DNA of 62,911 nt, filler included, from Intoshia linei (GCA_001642005.1; 5 parts of 5 records of this genome joined end to end with filler, not necessarily neighbours in it), one strand, 5' to 3'. Positions 12,401 to 27,189 are shown, counted from the first letter of the whole stretch. The notes: generated by a model from the sequence alone, not told the origin. Made by a program: numbers and translations.

Positions 12401-15400
12401 AAATAAACCAACGTTCTGAAATTTAATTGAGTTATTGTATTCAACGATAATCCATATTTAATTCATTATATTTTAAAAAAACTGGTGTTTTTTTGTAACT
12501 AATTTTTATTATTTTTTAAAAAAGTAGTAAAGAATCGGAATCGTCGCATCACTAATTATAATGATATATTTTAACATGTTAAATTTTTCAAAGTCGCACC
12601 GAGTACAAATATCTTAAAATTTTGTGGTATGAAAAAACGGATGTGACTTAAAATATGAAATTATTGCATGCATAAATATTCAATAAAACACAAAATGTGT
12701 TTTTAATTGAAAAAATTATATTTCACTCGAAGCATGCTGGGAATTGAATTATAACCTAAAAAAATTTTAAAAATTATGAGATAATTTAAATTTAAATGGC
12801 CCTAAAAATGAAAAATTTTTAAAAAAAAATATTTTAAGATTATAATGTAATTAAGTAAATATTTACCCAAAATTTGTACGGTTTCCAAATTTTTTCTGTC
12901 TATTTTGTCAATATTGAATTCTATTAAATTTTCAACATTAATTGTTGGTATCCCTAAAAATGATGCATTAGAATTGCTACTATTCAAAATGAGAGCTTCA
13001 TTATTCATATATTTAGGGAAACCTAAAAATACATGACATTAGTCATACAAATAACCTTTATTTTGTGGGATATTAATAGATCCATTAATATTTTCATTGA
13101 TTTTTGTGTATGCAGAAACAAAATTGCTATTTTTAATTATTGGAAGAGGTCTCTTATTAACAGGAACAGCTTCAGATGAATGCGACGATTGATTTGTATT
13201 TGAAGGAAAAAGTAGTTCCTTTTCAGTTGATTCTAAATTCCTGGAAAACATTTCTTGTGCAGTATTCCTAATAGTATGATATAATGTACAAGTTAAAATT
13301 ATTTACTTTTTTATAAATTCGGAAGGATTTGATTTATTTCTCAAATTACGATTTATATTTGCTAATAGAAGGTTGTTTGAATTTTCACGGAAATAATCAT
13401 CCGAACCTAAAAAATATATGTTTTAAGTATAAATATGTTTTACGACTAGAATCGACCATTAATAATTTTCTTTTAGTTTTTGCTTTTGAAATTCGAACGC
13501 TGCAAAAAACAGCAAAAAATATTAAAATAATAATGTATATTATAGATCCAACCACAGAAAGTATTATTATGTGTGATTTAGACAATCGAAGAGGAGATTG
13601 TGATTTTATGACATCTTTTTTATTTTCTATGGTGAATTTTAATATTACACAACAATATTTAAATCACCTGTTTCAAACTTCATTATGACTTTTATTTCGT
13701 ATTGTTTCATTATTATTTTGGTTTTTTTACCCATGTTAATCTCACAAGTGTATACTCCTTCTGTCAAAGCAGAAAACTGACGAATTTTCAATTTTCCATA
13801 AGAGTAAATCTGAATAAATATAAGAATGGACTGTTACAAAAACCTCAAAGATTTCGCTATTGTACATGTTGAGGTTATTTGGAACATGCCAGGTAACAAC
13901 TGGCTTACTAGATATGTAGTTAGTCAACATGCACTCCAAAATAACTTCTGAATTCATTTTTGAATGCCTTTCTATTTTTTTCAGTTCAGCGTAGCGATTA
14001 TCTACGTTAATTGTAAAAAGCAAATTATTCCATTACCGATAATTATTAAATTTATATTTTTGTATATTGTTTCAGAAGAATCAGATGCTTGACATGTGTA
14101 CATTCCACCGTCGGTAAATTTAATCGGATCAAACACTAACTCTGATTTTGACCTTTGACGACCAGTTAATAAAGCTTTTTCTGCGTTCGTGTCTAGCGTT
14201 TCTGCTGACTTATTGAGAGCATCAAAATTTGTATTTTTTATAGAAACATGTTTTTGCAGCCCTAACAATCCTGCATCTAGTTTCACTCGTTTCGAAATAT
14301 TGTGTTCTTTTAGAGGAAATTTATTATTTAATTGATCAAAGTTTTGCGAGCCTGAAATATTTGCTTCTCTAAACCACCTAGTTGTTAACTGAAATTCTGA
14401 TTGTGCGTAACATTCTAAGCTGGATTTATCACCAACATTCAATACTTGATCTTCAAATGACGACAAAAATTTAATACTCTCTAAAAATAAATATAATCTT
14501 TGAATAAATATACTATTACGAATAACATATAGAGTTGCGTCTTTAGAGTATACAGTTTTATACACAGATGAATGAACTAAGCATCGATATCTACCTTCGT
14601 GATCTGACGTCACAGAAGATATTTCCAAGATCCCCTTTTTTCGATTTACAAATGTGTTGGGTATATTCTATAATTTAATGTATAACACAGATTATTTCAA
14701 ACCTGCATATCTTTTTGATCCTTTTGCCATGTTATATAGGTTGAAGTGTGATTGTCTGAATCTACTAAACATTTAAATCGGGTATTCAAATGTTCGTGGA
14801 TTTTAACATTGTTGGGGTTTCTCAATATTCGAGGCTTTTCTAAATGCCAATAAATGGGGAAATGAATATATTACTAGTTATGGAAATCGTCACTGATTGA
14901 CTATATGAACCAGCAATGTTTTCAATTGTACACACATAAACCCCGCTGTCAGATAACGACAATTTTCGTATCATCATTACTTGTTTGTTTACTATTAAAT
15001 TAGTTTTGTTTTCAGAGTTTATTTGATGCCATCTATTTTTAATATAATATATTAAATTCATATTTACTTGTATTTGACGAATGGCAATCCATATTCAGAA
15101 ACACATTTTAAATTTAATGGAGCACCAATTGGCATTATTTGTTGCATATTATTCAAATCTTCAAATGGTTCTATTCTAGAGATTTTATCAATATCTAAAT
15201 GAAATTTAGTATTTTTGATTTTAAGATGTACGATGGTTTAATTCAAAATAAATGGCACGCAATTAGCAGTAAAAGTACTACTTTTAGGGTACATTTATAT
15301 TATATTACAGTAGTCGCTCTATACAGTAACTACTTTGGGAAATTTTTCTATTCATCAGATTACTAGTATATCAGATCGACTATGACCAAGATTAATTATT

Positions 15401-18400
15401 TATGATAAATGAACTGATCATGAGAAATTAACTTGAAAGTACATTAATTTTTATGTATGCATCTTATAATGATACATAATTTTAAATATTTTAAAAATTT
15501 TTGACTAATAGACTATTTAAAATTCATTGATACATTTCGACAATATAATAAAAAATAATATTGTCAATTTATGATTATTGATATTACATAATTAATTTGT
15601 CCTAAAGTACAAATTAAAATTTTTAAATATTTAATTTGACATTTAAAGTAGACTTTCGTAACATTCTAGTTTCCAGTTCGCTTAAATTAATAAAAAATAT
15701 ATTGATTTGAAATTAATTTTCCACGTTCCTCCTTTATCTATTTTATCCTTCTCTATGATTTGAGATAATATTATTATATTTATTAATTTATGTTAATAAG
15801 AAATCAAAATTACCAAAACTACTTATTTTTCACTTTTGAGACCGAACATTTTATATAATAAATGATACAACGTTATCAATGTATCTCAAAAGATTTTTAA
15901 ATTTTATTTCACGTCCAACCAGATCAATCCCATTTTATTGTGTTTTAAGAAAATTAAATTTTATGTGAATATTACATTGTAAACCTAACCCAGTGATGGC
16001 AAAAATATGACACTCTTGTCACGCACAGGAATTCTTCCTGACACGCTGGTATTAAGCTTATTTGAAATGTTTAATAATGGCGTGGAAAAATAAACTCTAA
16101 AGTGTATTGTAAATGCACAAAAAAAATCTTTACTCAAAACATTGTAATAAAACTAATAGTTTTAATTAATTTAGAATAATTTTAATTCATAAAATTAAGT
16201 AAGAAACAATAATAATAGAATAAGTGTACAAATAATGTTAAAATTGTAATCATAAATAAATAAATCATGCAAATATATGAAAAATCTATAAAAAAAAAAA
16301 TTTGTAAAAAATTGTTATAAAAATAAAAATATATATTATAACGCTGGCACCTTCCACAATTGGGCCCACATAATTGACACTTTGATCATTATGCCATATT
16401 AATTGATTATGTCACCCTTGTTGTGTAATAATTAATGATGCGACGATTCCGATGCGATTCCAAATACTTTTGAATCATACTATTTAGTGAGTTTTATTTG
16501 TTTTAATTAGAATTAGTCTAAATGAATAAACATAGTAAAACAAACTGGCCTATAAATAAAATTGTGCAGAAAAATTTTCGCTTGAATCTTATAAAATCCT
16601 ATCCATTATAAATTAGTATTATAAAACAAATTTGTTCCGATTTTGTCACCTTCAACGTGAATAGACGAGCCTACATTGTTAAGTGTTTTAATTTTTTTTA
16701 CAAATAAAAAAATTGCCATTAATTTGAAAACCATAAATTACTGAATATATTACAAGACATAATTAAGGATACTGTGTATTCTACCGTATCTGCTATATTT
16801 CCTGCATTATAACGTGCCCTGCATGTGTAAATACCAGAATTTGATCCTTTGGTTGAACTGATTAGCAAATTATCAATATTAACCCTAATTAATATTTTAA
16901 TTGATATGCTTATAATATTTTAATTAACATCAAGTTGAATTTTGGGGGAATATATCGTGTAAATGCTGACATAATTAAAGTTTAATTATAATTAATACAT
17001 TCCATATTTATATATAATTTGATTTAATTTAATATTATTAAAACTTAAAAAAGTTTTTAAATCAATATTCGACCCTAATTATTTGAGTAACTACACCATG
17101 ATAGTCTCCAAATTTTTCAGTCTCATCATCGTCTTACGAAAATTAATCAGATCGTTTTAAAAATGCGAAAATGTTGTTCCTTGGTAATAGTAAGTATACC
17201 TGTTATTTTCTTGAGATGTATCTATTTTTTCAAATTGATGGTACCACTCAATATTTATTTTACTGGACAGTGTTTTAAATGAACATTTAATGGTAGTAGG
17301 CTCATTTCTTTTGGCATATATTAAAGGTTCAAAATTTTCTATATCAAGCATAGGATACTTTTCATCTACAAATATTATTAAATGAAATACTAAACATTAA
17401 AAAAGAAAATAGGATATTTTTATAGGAAAATTTCTTTATAAAATTTTACAAGTATATGAATTATTTTTTATATAAAACTTTTTTAGTTTTAAAATTTGAA
17501 TTAACTTGCCCTCTTTTGCGAAAACTATTGAATTACTATTTTTAATTTTTGGTCACCGATAAAAATCGATAAATTTAATATTTTTAATTGCTCAGGGATG
17601 ACAAAAAAATCATTCTGATACTTTCGAACAGTAATTGATGACATGATTTGGAATATATGATAAAGATTAGACTTATAAGTACACATTTTTAAACTTAATG
17701 AAGTATTCGAGGTCAATGAATCATAAACAAATTTTAAAGCAGTCGAACAAATAAAATAACAGCCATCTGTTTATATTATTGTAATAATTTGATATGCATT
17801 AGTGAATAATTAGTAATTTCATTTAATATATATATGCAAATTTGAATTAGGAATTATATTTGAATACACTGTTACAATTCATGATGTCATGTCAAACAAA
17901 TGGATGAATCGAAATTGATATTAATTATTTGGTTTTAATTTTGAAAAAGGGTGCTAATGAAAGTACATTGAAACGTTTTGCTGTCTGTGAAATATCAGTA
18001 CATCAATCTTATTTATCAATGTCAGTGTTACATTCCATATCCAAACTGCAATACGAGAACCTATCTGTAAATAAGAAAATTTTAATGAATTCAGAATGAG
18101 AAAATTGCGAAATTAGATATTACCGTTGACCGAAACTAATTAAAGTACCTTTAAATGCAATAGTGTAGTAACCAGATATTTTGGTGAATCCCATAACATT
18201 TACTCCTCTACATTCATAAACTCCTGAAACTTCATTATTGTATTTTCCGTTTTTTTGATAAATAATTAACTTCTCTTTATTTAATCGGGGTTTCCTAATT
18301 AAATTATATAATCATTCATTTAAATTTACTTTTTTCCATTAAAAAACCACATAATTTTGGGCTTTGGGTTCCCCCCGATAATGCACTGAAGAATAATGTC

Positions 18401-19022
18401 ATTGTTTCCATGAAGTGAAAACAATGCATAGCTAGTGTTTCTCTGGTCCATATATATACTATCTTTAACATCGTTTAAATTCAATGTGGCTTTAGTTGAA
18501 ATCCCTATATATAATATTAATTTTTTAAAATTAAATCTCTTACACAAAATATTTAGTTTTACACCTCTACTCATAATTGGTCCTGATGATGAAGCAGACA
18601 TGTTGTGTGCCATGCATCTAAAAATACCAGCATCTTTATTTCGATCGACGTGAGATATATGTAAATTAGATTCTAAGCAATATCTTCTGCTGTTGATTTT
18701 GTCTTTTTTTTTTAATATTGATGCGTTAATTTGTTTTCCGTTCATTGTCCACCAAAATCGAATATTTATAGGACTAGACGCCCGACAATGTAAGGTTACT
18801 GATTGACCCTCGTGGATTGTTTGAGGAGATGGCGTTTCCACAAAATACAATGAGTGTTGTTGTGCATTGATGGGGGTGGCTCGTTGAATTACAGAACCTA
18901 TATAATTAGTTATATATAGTAAAATATGAACCGTTATTTTCATTAATAATAGCAAATAAACATAAAATCAACCAATTAACACTGTAATTAGCAATAAAAA
19001 TATAATATAGAATATATTTCAT
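9402..19022 (-). CDS. PTK7: PTK7/off-track-like receptor tyrosine pseudokinase (multiple Ig domains, TM, kinase), many exons
   Basis: ATG at 19022 with a hydrophobic leader. Ig domains read 'LYFVETPSPQTIHEGQSVTLHC..DAGIFRCMAHN', 'DSGVYVCTIENIAG', 'HEGRYRC' and 'DGGMYTCQAS'. The TM reads 'HIIILSVVGSIIYIIILIFFAVFC'. The kinase has GSGKYG, HENIVKVIGCC and HGDIAARN, DFG is replaced by 'SFI' (AKLSFIG), and FRWWSPE follows. This architecture and DFG loss are typical of PTK7. Confidence 0.88.
10470..11606 (+). mobile_element. hAT (Buster/Charlie-type) element in a PTK7 intron with a transposase remnant
   Basis: TIRs CAGGAGTGTCA / TGACACCCCTG with a perfect 8-bp TSD ATCTAGAC (10462-10469, 11607-11614). 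The internal ZBED5/SCAND3-like remnant reads 'QYSDKFLNYGF..MKPGRL..SYEIAPLISKNGKSHTIAEKLIK'. A second CAGTG.. end at about 10924 suggests nesting. Confidence 0.85.
12066..12554. mobile_element. hAT-type MITE
   Basis: TIRs TAGTAATGCGAC / GTCGCATCACTA with an 8-bp TSD ATTATAAT (12058-12065, 12555-12562). A partial second copy lies at about 16433-16512. Confidence 0.8.
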
Positions 19023-20559
19023 GTTTATAGTCCAGTTGTTGAGGTTAAAATAACGACATTCTAAAATTTATCACAAAAATGCTTTTCATCGTATATCAAT
19101 TGCATCACTAATCGTTCTCTAGTTGCTATAATTCATATTTAGTTTCGCGGTGACTGCTAAAGTCGACACTCATTTTCTCAAGTCAATTTCCTTCATGTAG
19201 TTAACTGTAAGCATCCACAAATGGAGTTTTAGAATGGGTTATAAATCAATAAAACAATATTCATAGACGGAAAAAAATAAATAAATCATGCCTTGCAATC
19301 ATCAAGTCTGGCGGTGAAATTTACAAATTTTCAATTAAAGTATAATAAGGTAAAAAATATTACATATCATCCATGACAAAAATACTGAATGGCAAAAAGA
19401 AATCAAACGTAAAGTGGTAAATGTAGCAGAAATGTGTTTGCTTGACCTATTATATTTACATTGTGTCTCTAAATTTTTATATCCTGAAAAACAATCAAAT
19501 TTACTTGCACATGTTCTTGAATAAATTATTGCGTACATAATTAACCCTGTATAATTTATGTTCCTATTAAGCCTTTCATCTTGATTACTGTTATTTCGAT
19601 AAATTGCAATAAATAATGATAATGGCGATAACTTGGTTTCTTGCACCATCTTGCCAATAAATTTCACAACAAAACAATAGACGTCTCGAGTAAAATAGAC
19701 TATAAATGCTCTTAGCTTACTTTGTTGGCGAGTAATGAAACACATCATTCATAATTGTAGCCGAAATAATTTATTTTCTTAAAGTCAAAATGTCATTATC
19801 TAAAAATGGAATAAAGATGTAAATCCTCATTTTGCAGACTGTAGCAAATATTGTATAATTTTGCCTGCAGAGACGAACAATGGGCACTAATGAAATTTAA
19901 ATTATAAGCTCCAACAGTCTTTGTCAAGTCTTAAATATACAACTGGTTCTCCAATTTAGCATAAATCATTGTCAATATGAGGCATATACCAGTATTTACG
20001 AGTTTGGACCAATGTAACATACACAATAACTATTAAAAATAATTAAATAGTGACAATGTGATATGAATTCTACCAGATCGCAGAGTGCAACTCCAACTCA
20101 ATGAAACATTATTGGTATACCTCATTTTAATTATATACATTTGGGTTAATGTTGGGCCAACATTGTTGCCATTTATCGAAATATTTTTATGGATTGCCAA
20201 CACTAATTAAAATTTCTCTTTTCCGATTAGGCTAAAAATTCTTTTTTATCTGTCCAACATTGAAACTGTCTTTATTAATAATTTTCTAATAATAATAATT
20301 ATGGATGAGATTCTGGAGTATATTTGTCATTACTTTCTTCGAAATCCATAATTCTTCACTGTATTCAAATTCATTCATGACTTGTATCATACAAGTTGTA
20401 TGATCATGTATTTATTCTTTCGAATATAAACAGAAACTGCTTATATTCAAATTTTATTTAGTTAAAAATTTCACTGAAAAAATGTATTTCAGGAGTCTGC
20501 TTATAATCGAGAAAAGACAGTAAAGTTTAAAAAAATTTACAGGTGGTACAGTTGTATCC

Positions 20560-20950
20560 TGTGAACACACACAAAACATTTCAATCTAAATAAGTGACGC
20601 ATTCACGGTCAAAAAAACACTTTAGTATTAATATATTTTTTTTACGAAATATTTTATTAACACAAAAAATGTGAAACAATTAACGGGTTTGAAAATTAAA
20701 AAAAAAGATTATTCTGATAGAGCTTATACCAGTTGATATAAAGACAAAATTTAAACCCCACAAATCTACGCATTCCCGGTGAAAAAGAAATTTTTAATAT
20801 GTATTATTAACCAATATTTTTCAAATGATTCGATTAAAATCAAAAATAAAAATGTCAATATTAGTGCTACAATTTCAAAAAAAGTGTGCATTGAACATCT
20901 AGACATTTCCAATAAAGAAATATCGGTGAAAATCTATATAATTTATTCCT
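20560..20950 (+). repeat. Dispersed repeat family copy
   Basis: It matches 4180-4420 and 61850-61925 ('aaaatttcaatct..aagtgacgc..tcacggtcaaaaaa'). Confidence 0.8.
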
Positions 20951-21502
20951 TGATCTCTATAATATCGTATGTATGCGTCAATATAACGCTTCACTATGTT
21001 AATTAATTACAAATAACAATTTTAAAATTAAAATTTTTTTAATATTAACACTATTTGTGTGCTAACATTTGAAATTTGTTAGCATTTTTATATTTTCCAA
21101 CTACTGCATATGAAGTATATAACAAGCATAGTATTAACAATATTATTAAAATAAATTGAAAAAAAAATAGTTAAATTAATAAAAATTTTAAAAAAATTCA
21201 TAAATATTAGTTACGATGAGCGACAAATTGTTCGAAAATTTAAAGCCATTATCCGACCCTTTTTTAAAGAACTGTGAAGTGTCATTGTGTGTAAATTGAA
21301 GATATCCAAAATTGCTCATTGGGTATGGGTATATTTTTGATATAAAAATTTGCTCATACCCCTAATACATATACATATGTATGTCACAGTATATTAATAT
21401 ACAGTATTATCGTTAATATATATAGATGGTAAAAGCGTAAGTAAAAACGGATAATAATTAAAATTTAATGTCAAGAGTAATTTATATTATTATAATATGT
21501 AT

Positions 21503-24145
21503 TTATTCAGTTTCAGAAGCAGTTTCATTAGAATCTATATCGATGTATCCAGATCTTTTTCTTTTTCGCATTATTTTAACGACGATAACGGCCAATATAA
21601 TGATAATTGCTAGACCATATAATGATACCACAGTAGAAACTAAATATATATATAAAATATAAAAATTCGAAAAATTCAAGTATAAGATCAATGTATAATG
21701 AAAATGTTGATATGACACTTAAGATTACATGGGTTTTTTAATTGTCACCGTAATACATTAATTATTATTAATAATTTATTAATTATTCTATTAGTATTAT
21801 TATTTATGTTAATTTTAGTATATTAATGTATAGTGTTCAATGAACACTGTTCATAGAAATTACATCCCAATATATGCATAAACCCCGCGTTTGTTATAAA
21901 TAGTTAAATAAATGTTATACATTAAATTAAATAAATTATAAATCATTATTGCATTCAATTTATTAATTATATCAAACGTATTATACCATCGCTTTTATAT
22001 ACTACAAAATAGATTAGTATAGAGCGGTTAACTTTGGTTCAAAAATAAAATCGAAAATATGAACCATTTTAGCTATAACGATAATTTAGGACTCAACTTA
22101 AAAATATAATTATATCGGTGTATTTAATTACAAGCAAAACTAAAAACGATATGTTTTCTGATGTGGAAACATTTATATCATTTTAAATTCATCCTAGGTA
22201 TAATATGATTCCAAAATACACAAGGATATTGATCAATGATCATTGATCAGTGAACAAGCCCTATTCTGATTTGATTATATATTGGAATAAATTTAATCAT
22301 ATAATAAATTACTCAATCCAACAGATACCCTGAATCTCTTTGTTTCCAGTGATTTGGTTGATTCATTTGTTTGCTGGATAGTTGGAATTGGTTTTTCAAT
22401 TTTTTTAGACTTTTTCATTTTTAAAAATTGCAATATTTCTCTTTTTTTAAATTCAATGTATAATTTGTTCATCTTTAACATAATATGAATAAATTTGAAT
22501 ACCATTGCTATACATAATTTAAAAATGTTTATTTTAAAATACCTAATTGGATCAACTTTTTTAGAAGGTTTTTTTGTATCAAAATATTGTAACCATCTAA
22601 AAATTAAAAAATTACTTTTAATTAACATTTATGTTTTATGTATCGGTGAAAATGTACTTTGCATTATTATTATTGTTTATTGCTATTATTATTGTTAATA
22701 ATGTTGTTAAAATGCACAAATAATGTAAAGTAAAAATTGTTAAACGTATGCGAAAAGTTCTATTTGGAAAACCTGTTACATCTATTAGAGTAGATTCCAT
22801 ATTAGTGTTAATAAAGTTTAAAATAAATTTAATGGTTTTTTCGTAACTTTTTTTTGAAATCCCCGGAAAAAACTGTAATTGAAATGTGGACTTTATAAAA
22901 TTCTAAGACTGGTAGTTATTTCACTAAACTATAACACACACATACAGACAAACAAATCATATTATCTAAGTGGAGATATCAACAATGTTAGCTGAATATT
23001 TTAGCTTTATTTTCTGGCAATGTTGTACGTACGTGATACTAACAATGTAAATACTATATTTCACTGGAAATTGAAAACATTCCTACATTTTTTGTTGAGT
23101 TATAAAATATGTCAATATAATTGCATTTTATAATTATATTGAAAATTTTTTGGAATGTGGCCCACGAGTTAATTAAGCTGGCCAGTGGCCACCACTCTTA
23201 TAGATAAATAAATATATTAATAAACATAATATAAAAATTCAAATTTAAATACATTATGAGTTTAGCATTTAATAATTATTTTGCCCCCCTGGCTGAAAAT
23301 TCTAGATCCGCTACTGGTTCATGGTGAAACAAAGTTGGGAATCACTCCTTTAAATAATTGATAATTATGAATAGTGAAATGTAGCATTTTGTTATTAAAT
23401 TATTTTTTTGGTATAATTAAAACAGTACCCCTCGGCAGATTTAAGTACTGTTTGTACTGTATATAAAAATTTTTAAAATTACAGGTCATTAAATTCCATG
23501 TTTGATTGAACTTTTTATGCATAATATTTGAAATATTATGTAAAACTGTAGTGTTTTTAGCTACTAGTGTATTTTTATTTTTGCTCTCATTGACTTTTTC
23601 TATATTATTCTCGTTTTTCAATTCACCTTCAACCGAATTAACAACTTTTTCGTCATTTTTCATTGAAACACCTATTTCCATATGTTCATTATGTGTTCTG
23701 TTTTGATTCTCATTTGCCTTTTGCAATTCTACTTCAAATCCATGAACACTTTGTTCCTCATTTTTATTTAAACTAACCGTTTCCACGGGTTCATTATTTG
23801 TTCCATTTTCATTTATTTTTTCTAATTCCATTTCAATTACCGCTGCAACTTCTTCTATCTGTTTTTTTATATCTATTGAATCCACTTTTATATTATATTA
23901 AATCAATGTATTAGTTGAAATTACCTTTTATTTTATAATTTTTCTCGTTGACAATTTCTTTTGCAGTTTCTTTACCTTTATTTGGAAGTACATACTTGTT
24001 GAAAAAATAACTGACGTTATTTTTAAGTACTTGATAATTGCTTTCAGCTAAAGTTTACATATTTAAATGCGAGTTTGGTCATACCGGAAAAAGCGCTAAA
24101 CAATATAAATAAGGATACTATCACAAATGTACTTCGAAAATTCAT
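21503..24145 (-). CDS. Orphan secreted or type I membrane protein (signal peptide, E/N-rich region, probable C-terminal TM exon)
   Basis: ATG at 24145 reads 'MNFRSTFVIVSLFILFSAFS|AESNYQ..' across a tiny intron, followed by the acidic exon 23400-23885. The putative last exon reads 'VSTVVSLYGLAIIIILAVIVVKIMRKRKRSGYIDI..*'. Joining these into one gene is inferred. Confidence 0.5.
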
Positions 24146-24266
24146 TTAGAAATGTAGAATATTTTAAAATGGAATGCAATATAAATACATTTAATAGTAA
24201 CACCTGTATAAATATTCCAAGCAAATAATATATGCGTAGTACGCATTGCGAATATATTAAAAATAT

Positions 24267-24736
24267 TCAAAACTGATAATTTGATTGCTTTGGAATTATG
24301 AGGTGGTGAATAACATAATGATCGTTGTAGGCTTTGTGTAATCGGCTTTTATAATAATTGATAAATTTTATTAAATTGAGTATTTTTAATCGGTGATTAT
24401 TTTCAGTGTTTAAATGGACGTTATAGTCATCGTAAACATTATTCTCGACGGAATAAATTTCGAACCAGGTTTGATCACTTGGTAGTTGGTGGAAAACATT
24501 TTGTTGTTTGTTATATGTACCAATTGAAAAATTGTTATCCAAGGCATATGAATATCTTTGTCTTTTCCCATATAGATTTTCTCCCGATATCATTCGATTA
24601 TATGGATTGAATAAGTTACCTAAAATTTAATAAATTCAACAACAAAATTATTACCGTTATTGGCTTCTACGTAATTTACATGAGAAAGGATAGTCAAAAT
24701 AAAAATAAATATTTTAATTTGTCTATTTGTATACAT
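24267..24736 (-). CDS. Small secreted protein or candidate amidated peptide precursor (about 145 aa, 2 exons)
   Basis: MYTNRQIKIFIFILTILSHVNYVEANN|GNLFNPYNRMISGENLY-GKR-QRYS.. with a 35-nt GT-AG intron at 24620-24654 that preserves frame. Confidence 0.6.
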
Positions 24737-26351
24737 GTCAAAAGAAATAATAAAAATTTAATAAACAAGGTCACGATAACACGAATATATCAAATCAACG
24801 CTTTGCCCCAAATCTTGCCCGTCAGTTTTATATATTTTTGGATTAACATCCTTTAACTAAATAAATGATTGTCTTAAATACGATTTATTTTCGTGTCTTA
24901 GTTTCATGTCATAAATTACAAAATTTATGGTAACATCATAATCACATTATGAATTTGAATATGACACATTAAGTGGATCAATAAGAATCGTATTGAAATT
25001 TTTATATAGACTAAACGACGTTTAGTAAACGTATACTAATTAATTTTTCACTCAATGTCACGAAATTTTTTGTGTATTTTCTCCTATGGTTCCCGAAAGT
25101 TTCCCGTAAACCCCTCAGAGGACAAATACACCTTGAGAACGACTTTTATATATTATCATTCAATAATCAATTTATTAAGTTTTTTATCAAAATTTTTTTA
25201 ATGTTATCCTACTAGCCAATGGCTAGTCATTTCGTTCTTATCGTCTATGATTCAATCTAGCGACTGAATAAATTATGTTAATTTATAATCGTACAATAGT
25301 AATTCGATTATGCACAGTGTGTATTGCACACTGTGCACTACACTATACGCTAACATATAAATAAATAACTATTATAAACATAAAAAGCCGAAATTGATCT
25401 ATTTTTATTCTATAAATAAATATTAATGTACAATACTATATGTAATAGTTATTTACATGCCTAGCGCAGAATTTTCATCTTAAATACGAGTTCGTTCGAA
25501 TGCATGAATATGAAGGGAGAGTTATTTCCAACTTTGAGTTATGTAAACATATTGAAAATTCGGAGCGGATATTTTAATTTTTTTATATATTTGTGTATTA
25601 ATTTGATGTTATTTCACTTTAATAAATAAAAATTTATTTAATATTAGGAATAATTTCAATTCTTATTTACTTGTATCTATTAGTTACTGATTAGAATTAG
25701 GCTAATTCATACCAATTGTATTACTACATAAATTATTACACGTAAATGTGTAAATAAAACATTTAAATATCTATTGAAGACGGCACTTTTCCTAGATTCT
25801 AATACTAGTAACGCGTATCTAGTAGGGCAATGTAAACAAAGAATATATATTATATTAATATAATAATTTATAAATTAGATATGTCGCTTTATATTTAATC
25901 TGAAAAAACAAATTTTTATTTTACATACATAAAACGTCTATAATTACTTTTAATTATCGTAAAATATAGAATTCAGCTCAACCTTAAACTAAAAAAATTA
26001 ATCTAATTTATCTTTTTAAATTTTACTATTTGCATATTTTGTGTAGAGAATGGGCCTGTATCATATTTTTTAAAATCGCCCCCAATCGCCCCAGCTGAGA
26101 ATTGCCCCTAACTGAATTTATCGTACTTGGGCGATATCTTCCACTTTGAAAATCCCTGAAATAGAGCCTAATATGTAATATCAAAAATGTTTTGTTTTTT
26201 GAACTTGTGATAGCGAATGGATCATAAACAGTTTTGCACTTAACCAGTTATTATATAAAATACATTGAAATTTATGAAGCGTGAAAATTTTAACTATCAA
26301 AGTTTTGGTCTTAAACGAGTTGCATTGTAATTATTAAAATGAATATTATAT

Positions 26352-27189
26352 TTAATCCAATAGTAAAACATCCGTTTCATCGTATTCATCTCCTGTATCT
26401 ACTACTTTATAGAATTTGGCTCGCTTGTTGTGGATGTGTTTAACAACTGCAATAGATATAATTAACAAAACGAGCAAAGATATTGATATAATCACTACTC
26501 CCACAACTAAAATATATATATATATAAATATGCATTCCAATGAATATATGACAAGACGGTCATATTATTTCAAAACCAGAGAACAAATCAACGTTTTCAA
26601 TACTGATGACGTATAATTAAGTTTGAAAAAAAGTACCAAAATTTAAAAAAAATTTGTGTCAGATTTTTCTAAAAATATACCAAAATAAGGGTTTTATATA
26701 TATTTCCCTTTACTGAGGGGTCATTCTTAGAATTTAAATGGATTACTTGGTGACTCGAGTTTTGCATTCTAAATGCATAGATATATAATATTACTCCACG
26801 CAGTAGTAGGTTTATTATCCATATTTTCGCTTTTTTTTTCATTTAATTCATTCTGATCTTTCTTCTGTTCTTGACGAGTTACTGTTTCATTTTTTGCAAT
26901 AATTTTTATCACTGGTTCGCTACTCTCACTCATAGTTTTGTTATTATCAGTTTTAGTCGGTTCGCTATCTATAATCAAGGTTTCATCTTTATCATCACCT
27001 CCATTCTTTGAAGGTTCAGATTTTTTTTGGGCATCGACACTATCGTGGTTTTTTATTTGACTTGCCTCTAAGTCTGAATCTCCCACGGTCTTCTCACTGC
27101 AACATAAAGTAAAATCTAGTATATTGTGTTAAAGTTTATATAAATACATTTTTACATGCAACAAATAATAGAACAAGTGATATATTCAT
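26352..27189 (-). CDS. Orphan type I membrane protein (signal peptide, D/E/K/S/T-rich ectodomain, TM, acidic tail)
   Basis: It starts 'MNISLVLLFVA..', followed by the low-complexity exon 26769-27100. The last exon reads 'VVGVVIISISLLVLLIISIAVVKHIHNKRAKFYKVVDTGDEYDETDVLLLD*'. Confidence 0.6.
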
